NCBI GenBank assembly: GCA_964657345.1
Contig: CAZZVA010000002.1
Location: 1 to 39,395 of the forward strand
DNA length: 39,395 bases
Source: an uncultured Acetobacteraceae bacterium
GTDB taxonomy: Bacteria; Acidobacteriota; Terriglobia; Terriglobales; Acidobacteriaceae
Reading direction: 5' to 3'
Under the pieces are notes generated by a model. It was not told the DNA's origin. It did no database searches and was given only the letters and a program-made list of their open reading frames with translations. Below are positions 17,489 through 25,342 of the stretch, one piece after another. The stretch's first letter is position 1. Every line of letters starts with the position of its first letter. The translations under genes and the position numbers were made by a program.

Positions 17489-18003
17489 CAAAGTCGCTCC
17501 GATCGGCAAGCCTGTGCGCGCTGATTGCATGTCTGACATCGCAGGCAGCATACGCAGACAGTGGCCGCCTGCGTTTCAGCAAAACCGCAGGCCCGTTCCA
17601 GGTGACGCTCTTCACCACCCCCGAACCGCTGACACCCGGCCCCGCAGATTTCAGCGTCATGGTGCAGGATGCAGCCACCGGACAGATCCTCTCCAATGCT
17701 GAAGTTCTGCTGCAGCTGGATCAGCCAGGCGCAGCATCCATCCACGCACAAGCGACCCACGCCCTTGCAACAAACAAGCTGCTCCAGGCTGCAGAGTTCA
17801 GCTTGCCGGTTGCTGGTCCATGGCACCTGCATCTCGATATCACACAGGCCTCTGCGCATGCCGCCATCGATACCGATATCGCCGTGCAGCCAGGCTCGCG
17901 AAACACTCTGCTGATCTGGCTCTTCGCCCTGTTACCGTGCTTTGCCGTAGGTTTATTCGTACTTCACCAAAGACAAAAACTCAGCTGGCAATCACGCGGA
18001 TGA
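17485..18003 (+). CDS. exported, C-terminally anchored small protein, FixH/YtkA-like (tentative)
   Basis: The ATG at 17485 overlaps the upstream TGA (ATGA). Signal peptide MTKSLRSASLCALIACLTSQAAYA. A beta-rich body (FQVTLFTTPEPLTPGPADFSVMVQD...GPWHLHLDI). A C-terminal TM helix (LLIWLFALLPCFAVGLFVL). The ORF-track entry 16696..18003 is the same frame with a spurious N-terminal extension. Confidence 0.55.
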   Translation: MTKSLRSASLCALIACLTSQAAYADSGRLRFSKTAGPFQVTLFTTPEPLTPGPADFSVMVQDAATGQILSNAEVLLQLDQPGAASIHAQATHALATNKLLQAAEFSLPVAGPWHLHLDITQASAHAAIDTDIAVQPGSRNTLLIWLFALLPCFAVGLFVLHQRQKLSWQSRG

Positions 18004-18073
18004 GCGTGGCGAGCTACCCGAACCATTCAATTGCCATGCACGGCCAGCATACTTGGCGGCACGCTTGTAAGAT

Positions 18074-19618
18074 GTGTTGCGTATGTCGGCATCCCAAAAA
18101 GTTGTTGTCCTGTCGGGTGAAACGCTCTCGCTCGATGCAATCGTGCAGGTCGCTGCGCACGATGCAGTCGTCGCAATTGCGCCCACAGCGTATCCCCGTA
18201 TTGAGAGAGCTCGGCGCGTCATCGCAGCCTTACTGGAACAGGGTGCCGTCGTCTACGGCATCAATACCGGCTTCGGTAAATTGTCTGACGTTCAGATACC
18301 CGCGGATCAATTGGCAGCTCTCCAGTTGAACCTCGTCCGCAGCCACTGCTGCGGCGTGGGTGAGCCATTGTCCAGGGCCGAGACCCGGGCCATGCTGCTG
18401 CTGCGTGCCAATGTACTGGCAAAGGGCCACAGCGGTGTGCGGCCGATCGTCATCGAGACCATCATCCGCATGTTGAATGAGGACATCTATCCCGTCATCC
18501 CAAGTCGAGGTTCGGTGGGAGCCAGCGGCGATCTCGCCCCCCTCGCCCACCTCGCTCTCGGCCTCATCGGCGAAGGCGAAAGTTTCTATCGAAGCCAGCG
18601 AATGCCTTCGGCAGAATCACTCAGGCAGGCAGGAATCGCACCCCTCCGTTTAGAAGCGAAGGAGGGCCTCGCTCTGCTGAATGGCACGCAGGCGATGAGC
18701 GCTGTCGGGGCACTCGCGCTCGCAGCAGCGTGGCGGGTGACGAGGCTTGCCGATCTCGCCGGAGCCATGTCGCTCGAAGCACTTCGCGGTACACCCGCGG
18801 CCTTCGATCCCAGGATCCACCAGGCGCGGCCGCATATCGGGCAGATCGATTCCGCACGACACCTCGTCGACCTCCTTGCCGACAGCGAGATCCGGGAATC
18901 GCATCGCACCAACGATCCCCGCGTGCAGGATGCATACTGTCTCCGCTGTATGCCGCAGGTGCATGGCGCAGTTCGAGGAGCACTCGCGCACGTGGAACAG
19001 GTCGTGTCGATCGAGAGCGGCTCCGCAACTGACAATCCTCTCGTCTTTGCCAAGGAAGCGGGCGGCGGCGATATTCTTTCCGGCGGCAATTTTCATGGCG
19101 CACCCATCGCGCATGCATTGGACTACGCTGCCATCGCCATCACCGACCTGATGAGCATCAGTGAACGCCGCATTGATCGCCTCATCAATCCCGACATCAA
19201 TGAAGGACTGCCGCCTTTTCTATCCGACTCGCCAGGACTATCCTCCGGCTTCATGATCGCCCACGTCACCGCCGCTGCCTTGCTGAGCGAAGCGAAAGTG
19301 CTCGCCCATCCAGCCAGCGTCGACAGTGTACCCACGTCGGGCGGCAAGGAAGATCACGTCTCGATGGGTATGACTGGAGCCTTGAAGTTGAAGCAGATCG
19401 TAGCCAATGCAGAACACGTGCTGGCGATCGAGTTGATGACAGCCGCGCAGGGCCTGGAATACCGGCAGCCATTACGAGCCGCCCTGCGCGTCGAGGCCGC
19501 TCGCCTCCGGATCAGGCAGACAGTCACAGCGCTGCGCGAAGACCGCGTCCTGGGAGGAGACATCGAAGGCCTTGCACGAGCGATTCGCGAAGGCCATTTC
19601 GATGACTGGATTCATTAA
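18074..19618 (+). CDS. hutH: histidine ammonia-lyase (MIO-dependent)
   Basis: MIO-forming triad in GSVGASGDLAPLAHL. The Ser-His pair in NLVRSHCCGVG is typical of HAL rather than PAL/TAL. Full-length 514 aa. Start is GTG 18074 or ATG 18083. Confidence 0.93.
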   Translation: MLRMSASQKVVVLSGETLSLDAIVQVAAHDAVVAIAPTAYPRIERARRVIAALLEQGAVVYGINTGFGKLSDVQIPADQLAALQLNLVRSHCCGVGEPLSRAETRAMLLLRANVLAKGHSGVRPIVIETIIRMLNEDIYPVIPSRGSVGASGDLAPLAHLALGLIGEGESFYRSQRMPSAESLRQAGIAPLRLEAKEGLALLNGTQAMSAVGALALAAAWRVTRLADLAGAMSLEALRGTPAAFDPRIHQARPHIGQIDSARHLVDLLADSEIRESHRTNDPRVQDAYCLRCMPQVHGAVRGALAHVEQVVSIESGSATDNPLVFAKEAGGGDILSGGNFHGAPIAHALDYAAIAITDLMSISERRIDRLINPDINEGLPPFLSDSPGLSSGFMIAHVTAAALLSEAKVLAHPASVDSVPTSGGKEDHVSMGMTGALKLKQIVANAEHVLAIELMTAAQGLEYRQPLRAALRVEAARLRIRQTVTALREDRVLGGDIEGLARAIREGHFDDWIH

Positions 19619-19623
19619 GCAAA

Positions 19624-20106
19624 TTACGGTTTCACAGCGATCACTTCTATCTCGACCAGCCCGGCAGGAACCACCAGCGCAGCCACCTGCATGGCACTCC
19701 GGGCAGGTTTGTTCGGTTGTTCCGGTGTGCCGAAGAATTGTGTATACGCAGCCATGAACCCGGCGAAGTCCAGCTTGTTGTCCTTAGGATCTGCCGCAAG
19801 ATAGACGTGCATCATGACTACATCACCGAGAGTCAGCTTCTGAGCAGCTAGTGCCTTCTGGATATTCTTGATAGCCGCGATGCTCTGTGTCTTGGTGTCG
19901 CCGGCAGGCTGACCTTTTTCCAGACCCATCTGTCCGCTGAGATACAGGGTGTTTCCAACCCACACGCCTTCCGAGATAGGAAATGTCGAGCCATCCGGGA
20001 GAGGCAGACGCTTCACCTGCGCAGAGCCGGAAGCCGGCATTGATAGTGCACCACAAATAGCTATCGCAAATGCCCCGACAAAGACTGCTGATTTATTAAG
20101 CTGCAC
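19624..20106 (-). CDS. ridA: RidA/YjgF-family reactive-intermediate (imine) deaminase with N-terminal signal peptide
   Basis: Signal peptide MQLNKSAVFVGAFAIAICGALSMPASGSAQ. A YjgF-like core (GNTLYLSGQMG...IKNIQKAL...GDVVMMHVYL...PARSAMQVAAL...VEIEVIAV). The GTG start at 20106 lies 11 nt inside the end of the oxidase gene. Confidence 0.85.
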   Translation of the reverse strand: MQLNKSAVFVGAFAIAICGALSMPASGSAQVKRLPLPDGSTFPISEGVWVGNTLYLSGQMGLEKGQPAGDTKTQSIAAIKNIQKALAAQKLTLGDVVMMHVYLAADPKDNKLDFAGFMAAYTQFFGTPEQPNKPARSAMQVAALVVPAGLVEIEVIAVKP

Positions 20107-21691
20107 TTTTGGCTCCCTGGTTCATGTTTTCTCCAATCATGTTGATCGCGCGTTTCGCGGACAAAGCTGCACCCTCCTGCCAGCCCACGATGTGTGAAGT
20201 ATGGTCGCCGGCGAAATAAACACGGCCATCCGGCTTCAGCAGCGCCTGGTAACTGGACTGTTCTTTTCTTCCAAATCCCGAAATCCACGATCCAAGATTG
20301 TAGGGAATTTCACCCCAGTTCACATACACCGGCTTGGTCAACTTCGAGCCATTGCCCGGATGCAGCAGCTCCACCGCCTTGCGCGATGCATCCAGCTTGG
20401 CCTGCATGTTAGGCAGGGCACCGAAAGGCGCGCCGTTCTCGACGCCGTACCCGGAAACCAGCACGCCACGTGGCGAGAACATACCCCAGCTCGGATACCA
20501 CACCACCTGAATGTCTTGCTTCAGATACGAGAGTCCGCCGTACACGTTGTAGTCAGTCTCCCAGAAGCGCGGCGCTTCCCATGCGACCTTGTAGCCGGAA
20601 TCATAAGTGCTGGCGGCGATGGCCTGCTTGACTTCAGGCGAGAAGTTATTCCTGGTCTTCGCCAGAACTGTCAGCGGCATGGCACAAATACAGTAGGAAG
20701 CCTCGACTTTTTCAACTCTTCCGCTCTTCGTGTCGCGATAACTGATCGTCACGCCGGAAGTCGTCTGCTCGATCTCCTGAACATCCGCGTCGTGCCGAAC
20801 GATGCTCCCCAGGCTCTTTCCGAATGCCATCGGAATCTGATCCATCCCGCCAATGGGCTGGAACATCGTAGCCTGCCAGTCGATAATGTCTTCTGCCAGC
20901 ATACCGTCCCACAAGTCGGCACTCAGCAGTTCCGCCATGGGCAGCGGATCGTGCGCGACACCGGCCTGCGTACCCGCGCCGGGAAAAACCTTGAAGCCCG
21001 AGCGCTCACTGCCTTTGAACTTGTAATCGTCTGTCAGGTCGCCGTACTTCTTGAGGAAAGACAGCATCTGCTCGCGATCGCCAGCAGTAATGTCTTCATC
21101 CAGCTGGCCCTTGCTCACACATTTAGCCAGTAATTCGGAAACATGGCCGCGGGTGTCATTGATCATCTCGCGTTGCTCGACAGCTTTGCCGTTATTCAGA
21201 CTATTTGCCTGCATCAGGGCACTGCGGGAAGTATTCACTTCCACTTCGAGTGGAACCTGCAGCTCATGGCAATAGCCAAGCATGTTCTTGTGGATGGAGG
21301 GAAGCCGGGCAGGACCAGCATTGAAGTAGTGGCCCTCGTCGAACTCACAGCTTTGTTTCGTACCATCAGTAAAGTTGACTTCAGTTCCTCTGCGGATCGT
21401 CCAGTTGCGGCCACCAACACGCGCTCGGGCCTCGAGCACCGTACACTCGTAGCCCAGCTTGCGCATCTCGTAGGCAGCGACCAGGCCAGCGATACCACCG
21501 CCCAGAATGACGACCTTCGTTCCCTTGCCATTCGACGGTCGAACCGCCTGGGCCGCAGATTCGGCGATAGGCATAAGACCAAGCGACTGCATCATGGTGA
21601 ACGCTGCAGAGTAGCCTCCAACCTGGCCTACGCGGGTAATAAACTGGCGACGTGAGATAGACACAAAATTCCTTTCCTGCGGTGCCTGCAA
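20096..21691 (-). CDS. Tat-exported FAD-dependent amine oxidase / L-amino-acid oxidase family protein
   Basis: Twin-arginine motif SRRQFITRVG. FAD dinucleotide fold VVILGGGIAGLVAAYEMRKLGYECTVLEARARVGGR. Length and C-terminal FAGDHTS are typical of the flavin amine oxidase family. Confidence 0.85.
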   Translation of the reverse strand: MQAPQERNFVSISRRQFITRVGQVGGYSAAFTMMQSLGLMPIAESAAQAVRPSNGKGTKVVILGGGIAGLVAAYEMRKLGYECTVLEARARVGGRNWTIRRGTEVNFTDGTKQSCEFDEGHYFNAGPARLPSIHKNMLGYCHELQVPLEVEVNTSRSALMQANSLNNGKAVEQREMINDTRGHVSELLAKCVSKGQLDEDITAGDREQMLSFLKKYGDLTDDYKFKGSERSGFKVFPGAGTQAGVAHDPLPMAELLSADLWDGMLAEDIIDWQATMFQPIGGMDQIPMAFGKSLGSIVRHDADVQEIEQTTSGVTISYRDTKSGRVEKVEASYCICAMPLTVLAKTRNNFSPEVKQAIAASTYDSGYKVAWEAPRFWETDYNVYGGLSYLKQDIQVVWYPSWGMFSPRGVLVSGYGVENGAPFGALPNMQAKLDASRKAVELLHPGNGSKLTKPVYVNWGEIPYNLGSWISGFGRKEQSSYQALLKPDGRVYFAGDHTSHIVGWQEGAALSAKRAINMIGENMNQGAKSAA

Positions 21692-21730
21692 TAACAGCTA
21701 AGCAGTCTTTAAACGTAGATCTAAGGAAGA

Positions 21731-21759
21731 CGGCACTTACCCTGAAGGAGTAAGTGCCG
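21731..21759 (-). terminator. hairpin (10-bp stem CGGCACTTAC / GTAAGTGCCG, 9-nt loop) after the TonB-dependent receptor gene
   Basis: Read directly. The hairpin lies 34 nt downstream of the receptor stop (21793). On the minus strand it is followed by a pyrimidine-rich GTCTTCCTTAG, not a clean U-tract. Confidence 0.5.
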
Positions 21760-21792
21760 CAATCCACAGAAGGAACAGTCGGTGGACAGCTG

Positions 21793-24700
21793 CTAGAAGA
21801 TAATCTTCAAAGCCAGCTGCGTGTTAAAGGGTTCGCCCGCGCCGATACCAGGAGCTCCATTAAAGTCACCAATGGTATCTGACAGAGTCAATGCCGAATC
21901 CAGCGCCTGGTTAGGATTGACGCCGCCGCTCGCACTCAGCGGAGGAGCAAAGTTCGTGCGGTTGGTGACGTTGTACATCTCTACACGGAACTGAGTAGTG
22001 ACTCTCTCTGTAATCGGTGTGTTCTTGAAGATCGAGAGGTCAACATCCCCATAACCAGGAGCTACGTAGGCGTTGCGTGAAGAATTGCCGAAAGTACCAG
22101 CTGCAGGATCGGCGAAAGCCGCAGGGTTGAGCCACTGGCCGCCTACCTTCGCCTGCTTGGCACCAGCATAGGCGCTCACCCCGGCAACAACGTTGGCACG
22201 CTGCGTGCCCTCATCCGTGCCGGAGTTGTCACCCGAACTCAAAACAGAGAAGGGAAGACCGCCGTGGAATGTAAGTAGACTGTTCACCGCCCAGCCCTTG
22301 CTGAGCAGGTGAAGCTTCTGGCTCCCCGGCACTGCATAGGACACCAGGCCGATGAAAGTATTCCGAGTGTCAAAGTCGCTCGGACCATAATCGCCCTTGA
22401 AGTTAAAACTATCCTGCGGCAGCGCACCACGATAGGCCGTGACCTCATCCATGCTGTGCGACCAGGTATAGGCACCCTGCATCGTCAAACCGTGAAGGTT
22501 CGAGGCGCGGATGGTGGCTTGCAGAGAGTTATAGTTCGAGGTACCGATACTCTGGATTTCGTTGATGAAGGTAAAACCCGGGAACTGGGTATTGTATGGA
22601 CGGGAATTTTGTTGCTTCTGTGACGCCGTCAAGCCATTGGGTGTGCCTGCAGGGTCATCCGTGTAGTCAGCCGGAGCAGCTTGGTTGATATCACGGATCG
22701 CCAGCAGGTGGCGGCCCTGGCTGCCAACAAAACCAAGCTGCGCAACCACCTTACTCGAAAGACTCTGCTCCACCTGCAGGTTGTAATTCATGTTGTGCGA
22801 AGGAACGAAGTTCTTCGCAATGGAGAAGATACTGTTTGATCCTGCACCAGGAGGAAACGGGTCCACTCCACTCACAAGCGTGTAAGCGTTGGCAGTAGAG
22901 GTAGAGACCTGGTCCGGTCCGCCCGGATTTCCTTCCACCCCGTTCGGAGCGCCATTGCCCGGACGGTTATCCAGAAATGGATTGAGGTTTGGCGTGTCGT
23001 AATAAAGTCCGGCACCGGCACGGATCACAGTCTGCGGCGATAACTGGTAGGAGAACCCAACGCGCGGGCTGAAGTTGGTGTAGACCGGATCGTAAAGATT
23101 GCTGATCTGGTTACCCTGGAAGGCGACGCCCCCAAGTGCAGGCCTGAATACGGAGAGGTTCTTGTATGAGTTATGCAGCGGACCTTCATAGTCCCACCGC
23201 AGTCCATAGTTAACGCTTAACTTGGGACTTAGCTGCCACGCATCCTGTCCGAAGAATGCCAGTGTATTCACAAAGACCTGGCGATCGGGATTGCCAAGCG
23301 CAATCGAGGATGTCTTGACATTGCCGGCCAGAAAATCAGCCAGTGCGCCGACAAGTTTATCCGTACTCGTTGCTCCCGCATTCCAGGGTATGGCAGCACC
23401 AGTTGCATCCTTCAGACCGGGTCCCTGGGTGCCGTCGAAGGTGAAACTACCAAGGGCATGGCGATGGTAGAACTCATCCAACTGAGCCTTGCGCAGCTCG
23501 CCCCCGAACTTGAATTGGTGGCGACCAATAGTCCAGGAAAGATCTTCCGTGAGGTGACCAGTGATATCGTTCCGACCCTCGGGAGGTGTCTCACCGATTG
23601 GATCAAAGCCGGAAATCTTCACATTGGGTGCGCCTTTTAGAACAGAGCCATCGGCCAGCCCCAGAGAGGCCGCATCGAAGCCGTTGTTGAAGTCATTAAA
23701 TACCTGGTTAAAGTAGTTCACGCCAGCTAGTAACTGGTTCGTAATCGAATTCGAAAAGACATGGTTATACACGATTGCATAATTCTGCACGTGAATCGGA
23801 GCTACTTCGTAGTAATCCTTCAGATGCGATCCGACCGGCGCGACCTGGTTCCCCTGACCCACAAACCAGTGAGCCGTCAACTGGTTTTTCTCGTTGAAGT
23901 TGTAGTCAACCTTGGCCAGACCGTTGTAACTGTAGCCATATTCAGGATCGTTGCTGACATAGTTAAATTGCGTCGGCGCGCCACCCACGTCGCCAGCCAG
24001 GTTTCCCGTCACTTTCGACGGCCAGAGTGCCGCCAACAGGTTCGCGGAGACCGGATTCACCGGTACATTGAACGCGGCAAGATCAGCTTTCGCTGCTGCC
24101 TGCCATGCCGCCGAAGGCTGCGTGGACTGCGCCGGAACACCAATCACAAAGCGCTGATGCTCATAAGTTACGAACCAGAAGAGCTTGTCTTTAACGATCG
24201 GACCGCCCGCAGAAAAGCCATAGTTGTAATTGCGCACTTCCTGCTTGATCGGTGCAGTAAATGGACTGGTAGCACCAAAGAATTCATTCCGGTTGTAGTA
24301 ATAAACACTGCCATGCAGAGAATTACCGCCGGACTTGAGCGAGAGATTCACACTGCCCCCGGGATTACGTCCCGACTCGGGCGAAGCCTGACTTTGTGCA
24401 GAGAAATCCTGGATTGCGTCAATCGGCAGAACAATACCGGCAATACCGGAAACTCCGCCCTGGTTGACCGCCGGAATGTTATGCCACAGGTCATTGTTAT
24501 CAATGCCGTCGATCTGCCAGTTGATCTGGTTGGCGCGCGTACCGTTCAGCGAGCCGTAGCCGCCGGCGCCGCCATTCGCAAACCCGGGCGACAGGCTGAC
24601 CAGTTGTGTAAAATCGCGTCCGTTCAACGGGGTGTCCTGCAAGGGAGCGCCGCCGACGACTGTGGTCTGCGTCGTAGACGTTGTGTCGAGGCTAAGAGCA

Positions 24701-25080
24701 CTGGCAGATACCTCCACCGTTTCACCAGCAGAAGCAACGCTCAATCGAACCGGAAGGGTGTAGATCGTTCCCGCCGTAACCGGAACCGCATCCACCTTTT
24801 CCGGCTTGAAACTGGGAGTGCTGACCGTGACGTTATACGTGCCGAGCGGAATTTCCTGGAAGGTGAATTCACCACCGCTGGAGGTGACCGTCTTCAGAAC
24901 CACGCTGGTGGCTGTGTTGGTGGCTTCCACAGTGGCGCCGGCCACGATTGCACCACTGGGATCCGTGACGGTTCCGTTGATTCCACCGCGAAAGGTCTGC
25001 GCCATCATCGTGACAGGCGCCAGCAAGAGGATAACGACTAGAAATAGATACACTTCTACCCGAGCTGCAATTTTGGACAT
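21793..25080 (-). CDS. TonB-dependent outer-membrane receptor with N-terminal carboxypeptidase-regulatory-like domain
   Basis: Signal peptide. A CarboxypepD_reg-type domain (GINGTVTDPSGAIVAGATVEATN...GEFTFQEIPLGTYNVTVS). A plug-like segment (LNGRDFTQLVSLSPG). A long Gly/Asn/Tyr-rich beta-barrel. Terminal aromatic residue (...LALKIIF). Confidence 0.9.
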   Translation of the reverse strand: MSKIAARVEVYLFLVVILLLAPVTMMAQTFRGGINGTVTDPSGAIVAGATVEATNTATSVVLKTVTSSGGEFTFQEIPLGTYNVTVSTPSFKPEKVDAVPVTAGTIYTLPVRLSVASAGETVEVSASALSLDTTSTTQTTVVGGAPLQDTPLNGRDFTQLVSLSPGFANGGAGGYGSLNGTRANQINWQIDGIDNNDLWHNIPAVNQGGVSGIAGIVLPIDAIQDFSAQSQASPESGRNPGGSVNLSLKSGGNSLHGSVYYYNRNEFFGATSPFTAPIKQEVRNYNYGFSAGGPIVKDKLFWFVTYEHQRFVIGVPAQSTQPSAAWQAAAKADLAAFNVPVNPVSANLLAALWPSKVTGNLAGDVGGAPTQFNYVSNDPEYGYSYNGLAKVDYNFNEKNQLTAHWFVGQGNQVAPVGSHLKDYYEVAPIHVQNYAIVYNHVFSNSITNQLLAGVNYFNQVFNDFNNGFDAASLGLADGSVLKGAPNVKISGFDPIGETPPEGRNDITGHLTEDLSWTIGRHQFKFGGELRKAQLDEFYHRHALGSFTFDGTQGPGLKDATGAAIPWNAGATSTDKLVGALADFLAGNVKTSSIALGNPDRQVFVNTLAFFGQDAWQLSPKLSVNYGLRWDYEGPLHNSYKNLSVFRPALGGVAFQGNQISNLYDPVYTNFSPRVGFSYQLSPQTVIRAGAGLYYDTPNLNPFLDNRPGNGAPNGVEGNPGGPDQVSTSTANAYTLVSGVDPFPPGAGSNSIFSIAKNFVPSHNMNYNLQVEQSLSSKVVAQLGFVGSQGRHLLAIRDINQAAPADYTDDPAGTPNGLTASQKQQNSRPYNTQFPGFTFINEIQSIGTSNYNSLQATIRASNLHGLTMQGAYTWSHSMDEVTAYRGALPQDSFNFKGDYGPSDFDTRNTFIGLVSYAVPGSQKLHLLSKGWAVNSLLTFHGGLPFSVLSSGDNSGTDEGTQRANVVAGVSAYAGAKQAKVGGQWLNPAAFADPAAGTFGNSSRNAYVAPGYGDVDLSIFKNTPITERVTTQFRVEMYNVTNRTNFAPPLSASGGVNPNQALDSALTLSDTIGDFNGAPGIGAGEPFNTQLALKIIF

Positions 25081-25310
25081 GCGTATGCCTCCGAAATGCG
25101 TTCAAAAACAACAGTGTGTCTCTCTGGCTTCTTTAACTACACCAGGGACGCGATGATCATCGGGCTTCAGACAGGGAAGTCGTACTGCGGGATACGAGGA
25201 ATTTCTTCAACAAGGAAGAAACGGGGTGGAACGTGAGCGTCTGTACTCTGCGGCGCAGTTCATGTCCATCACCCTTTGGTAGGAAGTAGTTACAAAGTAA
25301 GCCATCCCGC

Positions 25311-25341
25311 TTGCGAGTGCAACATAAATTCACACTCGCAA
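25311..25341 (-). terminator. hairpin (9-bp stem TTGCGAGTG / CACTCGCAA) immediately after the PolX stop codon
   Basis: Read directly; begins 2 nt after the TAA at 25343..25345. No U-tract follows, so terminator function is uncertain. Confidence 0.35.
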
Positions 25342-25342
25342 C

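Noticed and set aside
18004-18073. Possible terminator or promoter between the respiratory operon and hutH (TAAGAT just before the GTG)
   Set aside because: There is no stable hairpin and no acceptable -35 element at the correct spacing. I cannot decide from sequence whether hutH is read through or independently transcribed.
20201-21133. 310-aa plus-strand ORF inside the amine oxidase gene. Similar antisense ORFs lie at 25460..26224 and 26279..27097 (PolX), 31781..32605 (ispA), 33106..33762 (wcaI-like) and 36260..37051 (membrane protein)
   Set aside because: In each case the opposite strand carries a gene with clear family motifs, and these ORFs have no independent support.
23761-25041. 426-aa plus-strand ORF inside the TonB-dependent receptor gene
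   Set aside because: It is antisense to a well-supported receptor frame. The product is Arg-rich with no recognisable domain, a typical shadow ORF in GC-rich DNA.
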